DNA of 62,891 nucleotides, counting the filler, from Cercozoa sp. M6MM (lineage: Eukaryota; Protista; Endomyxa: Ascetosporea): the NCBI GenBank assembly GCA_040357565.1. It is 10 parts of 10 records of this genome, joined end to end, with 100 filler letters (N's around TTAATTAATTAA, not from the genome) between each part and the next. Parts side by side here need not be neighbours in the genome. Positions count along the whole stretch, not along the records: positions 1 to 4,776 come from JBDODJ010001053.1; positions 4,877 to 13,316 come from JBDODJ010000537.1; 8 more parts are not named here. The stretch is one strand, 5' to 3'. Both the position numbers and the translations under genes were made by a program. Below the pieces are notes generated by a model, which searched no databases, was not told the DNA's origin, and saw nothing but the letters and a program-made list of their open reading frames with translations. How positions within the stretch are numbered: position 1 is the stretch's first letter; each line of letters begins with the position of its first letter. Positions 1 through 12,149 of the stretch are shown here, piece after piece.

Positions 1-2045
1 TTCGGATCGATCGCCTCCGCCCCCCCCCTCAGCAGCGCACCCAGTCCCCGCTCGTCCCGTATCAGACATACTGACCCCGGTGGGTGTGCAGAGTGGTCTG
101 ACGCACTTGCAGTGCGCACTGCTGTCGCTGTCCAGGTACGCGCAAACACAGTGATCCGTCCGCGCGGACACAGTGTATGATACGGGAAAAACGCAGACTG
201 GACACGCTGCTGACGACGGCGGCCGAGGCGATCGATCCGAACGCAGCCTTAACGAAACAGGAGGACAGCGACGCCGCCGTAAACGAACCCTCCGTCGGTC
301 GGACTGCCTGGCGTGCCGTCGCTCTTGCTCGAATCTTCGCGGAATTCGCGCGGAAACTCCGCCGAAGGTGGCGCCTCGGAAACGAGCGCTGCGCCGCCGT
401 TCTTAACGTGTACCCCACCCCCTGTCCCCCTACCCCCACCCCTGTCCCCCTACTCCCTACCTCCTACCCCTACCCCTACCCCCTGCCTGCCTCAGCGATC
501 TGGTGGACGTGTTCGATCGCGTGTGCGACGTGACGTGCGACGCCTTGGCGCTGCTGCCTGTCGACCACGCTCACGTAGAGTTTTACCCCCCCCCCCCTAC
601 TTTACTTTTTTACCCCTTACCCCTTTGACTCCCCACTTTACCTCCCTCCCTCTTCACCCCCATTTACCTCACGCCTTACCCTTTACCTTCCTCCCGTTGT
701 GTGCAGGCACCAGAAGCGCTAAAGACGGGCGTGACTGCCGTGATTGAAATTGTGGCATTCTGCGTGTCCGCGCGGAAGCTGCAGGCGCGTCTTGTGTCCT
801 CTGTAGCCTTACTTTACCACTTTACCCCCCCCCCCCCCTCCACCCCCTATCCCCAGGAGGAGTGGCAGCCGGAGCGAGTGCAGGCGAGCGCGACGCGACT
901 GCGCGACGGCGCGGTGGCGCGACTGGCGGCGCTGCTGTCCGCGCGGACGCAGGAGGCGAGTCCGGTGGCGGCGCTGCTGGCGCCGAGTGGCTGCGACGTG
1001 GCGCAGGTCGTCACTCTGGCCGACGAGACCGGCGCCGTCGAGATGGCTGTACCTTCCCCTATGTCCATGTGTACCTGCCCATATGTACCTGTCCATATGT
1101 ACCTGTCCATATTTACCTTCCATATGTACCTGTCCATATGTACTGTCCATATGTATCTGTCCATGTGTGCTGATCCATATGTACCTGTACATGTGTACCG
1201 AGTGAGTGCAGGTGCGGATAGCCGCGTCGCACGTGCGCAGCGACCTGCTGAAGCGAGTGGCGCGGCGGCACCGCGACGACGCGGCCGTGCTGCGCCAGGT
1301 GCTGCTGGCCATGCTGCGCGACACGCGACTCCACGTGGCACTCGTCACCCTCGATGATACCACCGCCGGGACTGATACCGCCGGGACTGATACCGCTGGG
1401 ACTGATACCGTCGATGGTATCACTGCCGGTGACACTGCCGGTGACTCTGCCGGTGAGCAGCACTGGTGGCGCACCGTCGTCACCGACTTCTTGGAGCAGC
1501 AGGCGCAGTGCGACGATGCCGAACTGCGTGTCACGGCCTTGTGTACCTTACCCCTACCCTACCCTACCCCTACCCCTACCCCTACCTCTACCCTACCCCT
1601 ACCCTACCCCCTACCCTACCCCTACCCCTACCCCTACCTCTACCCTACCCCTACCCTACCCCCTACCCTACCCCTACCCCTACCCCTACCTCTACCCTAC
1701 CCCTACCCTACCCCCTACCCTACCCCTACCCCTACCCCTACCTCTACCCTACCCCTACCNNNNNNNNNNNNNNNNNNNNNNNNNNNNNNNNNNNNNNNNN
1801 NNNNNNNNNNNNNNNNNNNNNNNNNNNNNNNNNNNNNNNNNNNNNNNNNNNNNNNNNNNCCCGCCCCCCCCCCCCCCCGTGGTAGCTCTGTGGTGGCCGC
1901 TGGTGCCGACGCGAGCAGCCGAGATTCTGCACCGACTGGCTTTGGAAACGGTATGTACTAATGTCCTGTGTGAGACACCTGTGTGTATATGTTTATATAT
2001 ATATATATATATATGTGTGTCTATGTGTGTGTATCTATATGTGTT

Positions 2046-2082
<37 letters not shown>

Positions 2083-2311
2083 ATCTATGTGTGTATATCC
2101 ATAGTTGTGTGCGTGTATGTGTGTGTGTGTGTGTGTGTCGCAGTGGCAGCAAACCACGCTGGCCGAGCAGGAGCGCCGTCTGTCGCTCGCACTGCTGGCG
2201 GCCCTGTCGCCGTCGCTGTCGCGCCGCATTCGCCGCGACCTCGAGCACGTGCGCCGCCAGGCTGAACTTTCCGTATCGCACACTATGTCCACCGGTTTGT
2301 TCGCTTCTTGA
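1..2311 (+). CDS. Multi-exon hypothetical helical protein, 5' partial
   Basis: GC-rich exon-like blocks (e.g. 858-1048, 1212-1542, 2144-2311) flanked by AG/GT and separated by C-rich or (TG)n introns; ends ...[12 protein letters not shown]. No family recognised. Confidence 0.5.
1356..1455 (+). repeat. Coding 15/12-bp tandem repeat (DTAGT/DTAG units)
   Basis: gataccgccgggact-like units in tandem inside an exon. Confidence 0.75.
1549..1759 (+). repeat. Intronic (TACCC/TACCCC)n minisatellite running into an assembly gap
   Basis: Directly visible; similar arrays at 410-484 and, on the other strand, 17075-17230 and 36955-36987. Confidence 0.9.
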
Positions 2312-2958
2312 CATATTGAGTGTGCAGGGAGGCAACACTGAAAGCACCTTCTGCGCGCCCTTGGATCACGATGAGAAGTCGGCTAGTATCATTAGTTAGT
2401 TCAGCCTGCTAAGAAACCAACTACGTAGGCCATTTCTCTATAATAGTCCTGGGTTGGGTCACCAGCGTCCTACTAGAACTGAAAGCACAGCACGCACTTA
2501 CTATTTTTGTTTCTTGCGGTTGTCTTTACCGCCACATTACTTTGTAAAATACTGTGTACGTGTCGACATACTGTGTACGTGTCGCCCGCGACTACGTATG
2601 AACACTGGTCACGATTGGCACACAGTCGCTGTTGCCGACACTACAGTACGTGTACTGTAGACTTAAGCCACTGGCATCGTATCTGATATTATTAACGTAA
2701 CCGCACGGCGCTGACTGACACGAAACTGTAACCGGAACACTCTAACCGTCCCAGTGCCGTGATCATAACTGACTCGGGACTGAACTTGCGAAGAAAGACA
2801 AAAGTCGTCCATCGAGAGACGAGTTCGCAGGCTGCATTCAGCGCGCAGAAACAAGCCAGTCAGACCGAGACGACTCATTCGACCAAACCAGAGCAGTTGG
2901 ACTCGGGACGGCAAGGCAAGAAACTTGAACACACAGGGACTCAGCAGCAGCAACACTC

Positions 2959-4676
2959 CTAGCGACGCTCGTGCATCGGGAAGGCGAGGTAGCGTGTGCC
3001 ATTGATGTCCATGACGTGCTCCTGGTACCAGTCGGCATAGCTCATGTCGTGCTGCTGGAAGACTCCGTGGACTGAGTGCGACCACGGCGACACGAGCGCA
3101 TTCACCGAGGCCTGCGTCGGCAGCTCGCGGTCGGCCGGGTTGCTCACGATGCCCTGCTCGACGAGGTGCGTCGTCATGGGCTCCAGCGCGAAGACCACCA
3201 TGAGGAAGCCCACCAGCGAGATCACCACAAAGTACGGGAAGGCACGCTTCACCATCTTGAGGTACGTCAGGTGGATCAGCGAGGCCAACGATGACGTCAA
3301 CTAAGCAGACATGGGGTAACACTAGGTAGGTCGCGGGGAGGAAGGAGTAAGGGTAGACAGAGTGTACCAGGAACAGGAAGGCAGCCTGACCGTTGGGAGT
3401 GGCCACCGAGAGCACGTTGGTGCCTGCATTGACAGCCACAGCCAGCACGTCGAACTCATCGCGTGGGAACGGATCCGGATCCGGCACCGAGCCCTGCAGA
3501 CATGCGTGTAGACACACAGAGACAGACGAAGGAGAAAGGGGTCGGCCAGGGGGTGGGGTGGGTGTAGGAACAGCAGTACATCATCGTCGAACTTGGCATC
3601 GAAGAAGTTGCGCAGCGAGGACATGTAGACCGAGGCGACAAAGACGTTGTCGCTGATCATGGAGAGCACGCCAGTGACGAGGTACATGAGCGAGAGCTGC
3701 GTGCCGAGCGAGTCGACGCCAAGCACCCACTGGATGATCGGCTCGAACAGGTGCTGCTCGTGGATCACCGACACGACGGCAAAGAACGTCACCAGCAGCG
3801 CCGTGAACGGCATGCCCTCCTCGAACGAGTGGCCCAGCTCGTGCTCCTGGATGATGCCGTTGAACACCGTGAGCAGCACGATGGCCGCCAGGCCGATGAG
3901 ACCCACGGGCGCTGCGTGCGCCGCCAGCGCCACCACGATGAAGAGCGACACGCCGATCTGCACGTACAGCTTGGCCTTGTCGGCGCGCGTCTGCAGGCGC
4001 TCCTGCTCGTCCGCATGACGCTGCAGCTCCTCGCGGATCGACTCGGGGAAGGTGGCGCCGTACCCGAACAGACACCAGCGCTCGAGCACGAAGCACATGA
4101 ACATGCCGACGAAGAAGACCGGCACCGACACGGCCGCGCAGCGCAGGAAGTACTCCAGGAAGGACCAGTCCATGATAGCGGCCACGATGAGGTTCTGCGG
4201 CTCACCCACCTTGGTGAGACAGCCGCCCAGTGCCGTGCCCATGACGCCGTGCATCATGAGGTCGCACAGGAAGCCCTTGAACTCCTCGCGGTCGGCACGC
4301 AGCTGCTCGGCCTGCGCCGCGTCCAGCTGGTCCGGGTGCCGCGTCTCGTCGAGCTGCAGGTGCTCGGCGGCGGCGTAGATGCGGTAGAAACCCACGGCCA
4401 CCGTGATCAGCACGGCCGTCACCGTCAGCGCGTCCAGGAAGGCCGACAGGATGGCGCTCGCGAAGCAGAAGGTGAGTGCCGCGAGCCACTTGGTGCGGAT
4501 GCCCAGCAGCACCTTGGAGAACACCCACAGCAGCATCGGCTTGAGGAAGTGCGTGGCCGCCACCATGAACATCAGCAGCAGGATCACCTCGAGGTTGTCC
4601 TCGTTGGCCACCTCCTCGAACACGGCGTGCGGCGTCGTCAGGCCCAGCACCACCGACTCGATCGCGATGAGACCAC
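2959..4676 (-). CDS. nhaB: NhaB-family Na+/H+ antiporter, 5' partial, at least 3 exons
   Basis: Motifs [47 protein letters not shown] and [20 protein letters not shown] match proteobacterial NhaB. GT-AG introns at about 3301-3366 and 3494-3579 restore the frame. Confidence 0.9.
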
Positions 4677-4735
4677 CTGTACATGCCCTCATATAATATG
4701 TATGTATACGTGTGTGTGTGTTGTGCGTGTGTGTG

Positions 4736-4776
<41 letters not shown>

Positions 4777-4820
4777 NNNNNNNNNNNNNNNNNNNNNNNN
4801 NNNNNNNNNNNNNNNNNNNN

Positions 4821-4832
4821 TTAATTAATTAA
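4821..4832. other. Artificial contig spacer TTAATTAATTAA within N runs (also at 13361, 17019, 35215, 38692, 42291, 52002, 53569, 58190)
   Basis: Identical palindromic 12-mer with stops in all six frames, always centred in about 100 nt of N. Confidence 0.95.
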
Positions 4833-4876
4833 NNNNNNNNNNNNNNNNNNNNNNNNNNNNNNNNNNNNNNNNNNNN

Positions 4877-5196
<320 letters not shown>

Positions 5197-6784
5197 CTAG
5201 TCTCCAACGTCACTGAGAAACCAATCATGTTAATTAAAGAGTGGTTAGGGGACAAGGGGACTAAAAGGGGCGGGGGCAAGGGGACTAAAAGGGGGTAAAA
5301 TGAGGGGAAGGCGGGTTAAGGGTTAAGGGAGCTGAGGCTAGATGGATGTTTTAGGGTGTTCGGTTTTGCCTCGAAAACCCCCGCCATACTCCAACCATGT
5401 ACTGTAGTAGTTCCCCTTTTCCCGTCCTGGGGTGGGTCACAAGCGCCACTCAGTTGGTTAGGCGTATGCCAGTCGTGATATAGGTGTCTAGTGTTTTCGT
5501 TCTGTCTCTTTGCTTGCATTTTGTCCCATAGCACAGTAGGGACAGGTGTGTAGCGTGCGCTTCTTTACTCTTTCCTGCATCCTTTGCAGTTGCCTCCTCT
5601 GTGCCTCTTTTTCTTCCTGCTCCCGGATTGTCGCAGGCGGCGGAGCAAGGATCGTTTTGCACAATGACAGTTTTTCTATCTAGCAATGACTGATGTGTGC
5701 TCCTGCAACATCTGGCGTCCCTGCGATGCCAGCAGGACTAGAAACTTGCTTCTGACCTTGGCGGTTGAGGTCAACTCTGCTTGAGCTTTTCTTCTTCTTC
5801 ACTCGAGTGCGTTTCTTCAGTTTCTTTTTAATGATTCTTGTTATCCACCGTTGTTGGTTCTTTCATTGTCTGCCAGTGCTGGCTTGCTGGTCAGAAAAAC
5901 CAACGGCAAACTGGAAATATGGTGCGAGGTAAAAACGGCATCCGTTGCCATTCTGCGTTCTCCTATAACTTCAGTTGTAGTTGTGTGCTGGGGGGGGGGC
6001 AGCACCCGTACCGTGTGTGCCCACTATGCATTATGACAGACGATGCCTGGTGCGAAAGCGCGTGATCGACCTGCTGTTCGAGAAGCGTCAGTTTCCGCAC
6101 TCGCACTCTGCAGCACGCGTTGACTCGAAGGAACTGCGGCGCTGTTGTGTTCTCGATCGATGCGGGCGTTTCTCTGATCGACATCAGGCTTGATGAGTGT
6201 GTTTACTTTTCAGGACACTGCTTGGCTCACGGCGATGTCCGATAGCGCGTCAGCGATACACGAAGCTAATCAAGTTTGGTTTTTGATACAAATTGATCTC
6301 CAGTTACGGTGGTCACTTGTTACAAAATGTATTCTCGATGATCGCTCTGCGCGCGGAATGGGTTTTCAGACTCGGGAGTCTAATCGCTTTGTCGCGCTGA
6401 CTTCCGAGCTACATCTACATCTATCTACATTATTCTTCTCCCTGCGTGTTCGGAGATGCGTGTTTTAGCGACCATCGTTTCAGCTTTGGTACAATGCGAC
6501 TAGTGCCAAAATGACAATTATTCCTGCCTGATACGCTTCCTCGCCCCACAACTGTGGTTGTCGAACTCGATGTGGCAAGCAGAATCGATTTCCTTGTTTT
6601 TCCGATGTTCTGTTTTGCCAAGCACACGCCGGAGTTTGTTTTCGGTTGTCATCAATTTTTTATTTACTTGGTCAAACAACGAGGTTATTGAGGGTATTTG
6701 AGGGTTTTGGGATGTTTGGGGGTACGGCGGTGTTGTCTGTGTCTCGACCCTGAGAAACAACTAAAATACATTATTGTTTCTAAA

Positions 6785-7723
6785 ATGCAGTGCGTCGTTT
6801 CGGCGGCGGGTGCGTCATTCCTGGCTCCCAAGCCGGACTACTCGGGCCACAATGGCGGCTGCCGCACGCCCCAGCAGGGTGACCACGCCTTCGGAGTTTA
6901 ACGGGGGATAATATATATTTATGGGGGGAGGACAATATTTCTGGCGTTTTTCCCGACAGGCTACACGGGTTACTGTATCAACATGTCCAAGTGCACGGGC
7001 GCCACCTTCAACGGTCTGTGCAAGGGCAGTTCCAACATCAAGTGCTGTGTCGCTGAAACCAAGGCGACGAACCGTACTTTACTTTCTCAGCTTGCACTGC
7101 ATGCAGGCTTGCAGTTATGTGTGTGTGTGTCCAGCCAAGCGACAGTGGTACAGCTACGCTGTTTTCCAGCAACTGTTCAACGGCATTTCAAACACTCGTC
7201 AGTCTGCCTTCTGGTACTTTTTTCATCCATTTTTTTCTTTAAATCACCCAGTTTTGTTTTTTTTTTCTATCGTCCTGTTTTTTTTAGATCAACTGGTTGT
7301 TTTTTTGTTATCATCCTTTTTGTTATCATCCAGTTTTTTTTAAACCGTCCACTGTTTTTTAGATCACTCTTCATTTGATTTTTAAAACCCACCTGTATCC
7401 GGAAGTGTGTGTGCAGGCCGTACATGAACGCGGCCTTAGATCCGTTGATGAAGGATGGTCCTAATGACAAGCAGGTACTTCTCCATTCTGCTGAAGGGTT
7501 ACAGTTTCTGGAGATCGGAAATCTATTGATGCCGTGCTGCATATTTGATTTTTACTAGATCTGCGAGCGCTTGGCTTCGTTTGCCGCTCAGATTGGCCAC
7601 GAGTCGGCTGGCCTCTACTGTAGCGTCTCCCGGTAACTGTTTACGATAAGCAATGATGTGTGTGTACAGACATGGAGGAGCTCGCGTCGGGCGACGCCTA
7701 TGAGGGGTAATTTTGACAGTTCT

Positions 7724-7767
<44 letters not shown>

Positions 7768-8273
7768 TACTTGTAGCCGCAAGGACCTCGGTAACACTCA
7801 GCCGGGTGATGGCCGTCGCTTCAAGGGTCGCGGTCCGCTGCAGCTGTATTTTAGTTTCAATTTCCTCGAAACCTTGTTGCGCTGCTAACGTTTAATCTTG
7901 TTGTAGCACGGGCCGCTACAACTACAACGATTTTGGCTACGTGAATTACCCGGAGCGTGTGTGCTTCCAGGTATCTCTTTTGCTTAGTGCTGTTACGTTT
8001 CCGACGTTTTGTACCGATGTTGTACAGAGCGATGGCTTTGATGCCGCGACTAAGTTCTGGATCCGCGGCGGTCTGAACCGTTACTGCACTGGCAAAGAGG
8101 TGCGATCTCAAAAACTCGACGGTGAACGGAGTGGCTGATCTGGTTGTATGTCTCGTTTGGTGTTGTAGGAGGACTTCAAGACGCTCACGCGTCGCATCAA
8201 TGGTGGTCTCAATGGCTACGCTGATCGCAAGCAGCGCTGGGACAAAGCTCGCCGTCTCCTTGGCTGCCATTAA
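6785..8273 (+). CDS. GH19 glycoside hydrolase (bacterial/phage lysozyme-chitinase type) with N-terminal Cys-rich module, about 10 exons
   Basis: Spliced product contains [54 protein letters not shown] and LTRRINGGLNGYADRKQRW, all typical GH19 motifs. All junctions are GT-AG and in phase. True start is uncertain. Confidence 0.9.
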
Positions 8274-8946
8274 AATGGGCTTGAGTCATCGCGTTGGGAA
8301 GCTCGTTGCTCGTTAACTGTGGCGGCGAATGCGAGTCATCGTGTACAACGCAACGAATTAATCCCGATCTACCGTAACTCGCTTCCGGTGGACGTGCCTC
8401 GTGCGTGATGAGTTCCATTACGTCGTGCATTCGCTATTGTTGTTTATTCTGGATACTGTATCATGTGTCGTACCACCGTATGCGATGCAACTTACTGTCG
8501 TTAGTTGGTTCAGTGTGCAACACTGCTACAGAATGACTCAGGTTACGCAGTCTCCTCTCGTTCAATGAAGAAAAAAGCTTGAAACACACAGCACGGTAGT
8601 ATTTAGTTTGTACATTTGAAGAGAGAAGCACTCCGTGCAACACGAGAAGCGGGATGAGATCGGATTTCTGTTGGTCAAGGTCGGAACGTTTCGTGGAGAA
8701 TCACCCCTCCCCCCTGATTAAACGTACTGCGCGCTCGACGGTCATGGAAGTTGCTTTAGAGAAGCTTCTACTGGTGGTTGTCGGCCGTGCATGTTCTTGT
8801 CGTATAGGCCGGGCTGTTCCACCACTTGCTCGAGCTTCGGCTGCGGCACGCCATCGCCGTGCATTGCAGCAGTGCGCACTCGAAGCGCGCTGCGGCTCGC
8901 CTCCTCACTTTCACCGTCGTCGCTGACTGCGACAAAAGGTGACTGC

Positions 8947-9021
<75 letters not shown>

Positions 9022-9186
9022 CCCGTCCGTAGTCGAGTCAACGCTAGCCGCAGTGTACATTTCGCCTCAAGAGCGAGTGGATTTACTGAATGCAGACACG
9101 GTGCTTCCTTCAAATCTAAAACTACTCTCAGGTTTCCAAGTCCGGAATCTTCGCTCGGCTTGCGTTTGTGTTTTTAATGACGTGAA

Positions 9187-11639
9187 TCATAGCGCAAAGG
9201 CATTCCTCAGGTTGCCACTGTGACCCTGAATATCGGCAGCCTCCTCCAAAGCAGTAGCCCCATCCTGCAGTGTGTCTTCCGCAGCAATGTCGCGCAGCAG
9301 CAGTCGTCGCTGCGGTGACTCAGCAAAGATAGCCTGCACGAGATAGGCAAAGTCTAGGCGTCGGATGGCGAGTCTGCAGGTGTCGGCACGGGAGTGCTGT
9401 GTCAGCAGTTCGCGCAGCGAGAGCAGCGAGTTGGCCGGGTGCAGACACTTGAGCAGAGCACTCATGCGCGCCGTGTCCGTGCGGAGAGTCGACACGATGG
9501 ACTCGCCCAACGCGTACACGCGGTCGTTGGCGTGCACGCTGAGGTCGCGGTGCTGTCGCAGGCGCCGTTCGATGGCATGGCAGAAGGCATCGCACACCAG
9601 GGTCGGACGGCACTGCGAGCAGAGTTGGCGCCGTGCCTGCAGTACCTGAAGCAGCTCGTCTTGCACGGCGTCCTGGGCCGACTTGCCTTCATCCTTCTGG
9701 TCTGTACCAAAGGATATACATTGTTAGGCAAGAAGGGTATGAAAGGCACACACCCCAGGCAGACTCGACGGCATCGACAACAAGGTCAAACACGCTTGTT
9801 TCGACACTGCGCACGTGCTCACTGCGCAGACGACTCAGCGTGTCGAACAGCAGCGCCGAGGGACACAAGAAACGCATCAGTTCGGCCAAGGTTTCCGTTG
9901 GCGCCGCTTGTTTCGTGTGCGGCCACTTTCGCACGGCGTGCTGCGTCGCCAGAGCGAGTGTAGCCACTCGGTTTCGTTGCAGTTCGTGCAGAGTCGTCGC
10001 CAGTCGCTCGGTGTCCTCAGCTAGCACGTGCGCAGTCACGCAGTGCATGAGTGCGCCACGTGCCACCTGACTGGACACGTGCGACACTGCCAGTGACACG
10101 AGACACCGCAGCACGTGCGCACAGGTGATGGCACATGCCAGACCACTGTCGGACCGATCGGTCCAGTCGAAAGCACTCGACAACGACGGCAGAAACGACG
10201 CGATTTCGGCAGCGACACGTTCGCTCTTTCCGGAAGCAACCGATAGCTCTGTCTGCAGAGTGAGCCAGGCACCCTGCCACTGTGTCATGTCGCTATGTTC
10301 CAACAACGAAGCGAGTGACCGAATCGACCGAAAGGAACACGGATTCAGCGACACTTGGGCCGGCATGACTGCGCTCGAATTCTTGGCGCACAGCTTGGCG
10401 ATCAGAGAGAACACGTCGCCGAGTCTGAGTGCGCCTGTTTTACTCCGTGTCACAACAAACGCATTCTCGCGCTCTGTCACGTCGAACTTCGTCTCTTCTT
10501 CCGACGCGTCCAGCAGACTCTCCAACAACGCGTTCCACTCGGCCTCTTCTTCGTGGCCCTGCGCACAGTTCTATCTTTCGCTCCTGTCTCATAAGCAACG
10601 AACATGGCTACCGAAAAAACGACGAATGTGCTTTGAATCGTCTTTTTCCACACTCGTTCGATTTCTTCGCGCGCCAGCTTCTCCGTTTCGCTAATCACAA
10701 AAGCTAGCACTCGACACAACAACGACACAGCTGTTGCGAAAGCAGCAAAAGCACCCCGAAACAACTGCGAAGATTTCGCGCAACTTGGCGAATTCACCGC
10801 GATTCGCGCGTATCCGCATCGAAGAATCTGCGTGGAGAAACGAAAGTTATTTTTGCAAAGAAACACGCATAAACAAAAACGAAGAAACCGAGTGTGCCGC
10901 CGAGGTCGAATGTGAGTGCACGCAAAGCAATGGCAGCGCAAGCTTCCGCAACGTCACGTTGTCTTCGATTCAGCAGCGATCGCAGTCGAATCACCAAACT
11001 ACTGTCGCTTTCGCTTCTTTCGCCATTTCTGTGGTGTCGCAGCAGCTGCTCGGCCTTGCACACCTGTGAAACCAAAAACAACTCGCACCACACAGCTTCG
11101 ATTTCGACTCAGTTCGGAAGAAAGCGCACCAAAGCTGCGCGCTTTTGAAGCGAAACTTGCGGCGAAGCAGCTTCAAGTGCAACACAACAATCTTGTATCT
11201 TTTTGCAACCTGAAAATACAAAGCTACCAGCCAGAAGTCGAGCAATGCCGAAAAGCAACTTGTATTTCGCCGTCTTCACTTGCTTCTGCTTGCAGTCAAA
11301 ATTTCATCCTCAAACCACAACCACATGTCAACTTTACGGCTTTGAGACGCTTTTGGGCAGTGTTTGTTGCGCCTTGAGCCGCTTGCGTCAACAAAGCGAG
11401 CTCTTCTCGAAAATTCTGCACGCCCGCGCGGAACACGTCCTGCCGACACAATAGATTCAAATTACCACGACGGCTCTTTCCACAGAAAAACAGAACACTC
11501 AAAGTACCGCTTCTGATCGAAAGCGACGGAGACTTGTAACATCTTGAGAAATCTCGGTACTTTGGGCTCGCAGACTGTCCTGCAACCGCGCGGACGACGA
11601 CGCTTTTCGTTTCGGCGGAGTGAACAGCGGAAACGACAT
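9187..11639 (-). CDS. Large multi-exon hypothetical helical protein
   Basis: Long exons (about 9750-10560 and 9187-9700) plus several short upstream exons from MSFPLFTPPKRK; no diagnostic motif. Confidence 0.5.
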
Positions 11640-12149
11640 GCGCTGATTAGCAAAATCTGGGTGCTTAGAGAATTACAACTGATCCCCACACACACAGACG
11701 CTGCTTATAAGCTTTAATTTATAGCAGTTCTCGACCAGCGTTTAATTAAGCGTTCTAGCGACGTTTAATTTTAGGGTTCGCCGGACAGAATAATATATTA
11801 AGGACAAACCGCGGGTCCGTCGATATACAGGGGCCTTTATGAATTGATTTTCGTGCTGCGCGACTGTACAGCTAAATGCAGTGAAGTTGGCCGATTGGCG
11901 GTAAAAGAGCCCGAAACGACTGCTATTAGAGTAGCCCGCACACTAAGTGATCCAAATGTACTAAGAACTAGACTTAGTGAAGTTTGGGCCACTATGGAGA
12001 CACAAAGTTCTGACGAAATTCAATGGAATCGAAATTCGTGCGTCACTGTCGGTCGAGTTTCAAAAGTCGACATAAGGAGCTATAAACCACTAATTACGGA
12101 CTAATTCTAGTTAAAACACCTAGTAACGGCGGAAACCTAGTGGTGCAAG

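Noticed and set aside
4777-4876. Recurrent palindrome TTAATTAATTAA as a biological repeat
   Set aside because: Always embedded in fixed-length N runs; it is a six-frame-stop linker used to concatenate contigs.
5245-5330. Telomere-like GGGTTAA and G-rich repeats
   Set aside because: Only 2-3 imperfect units, internal to a contig and similar to the general G/C-rich filler.
5440-6600. Possible small multi-exon gene
   Set aside because: All frames I tried contain stops and no motif was found.
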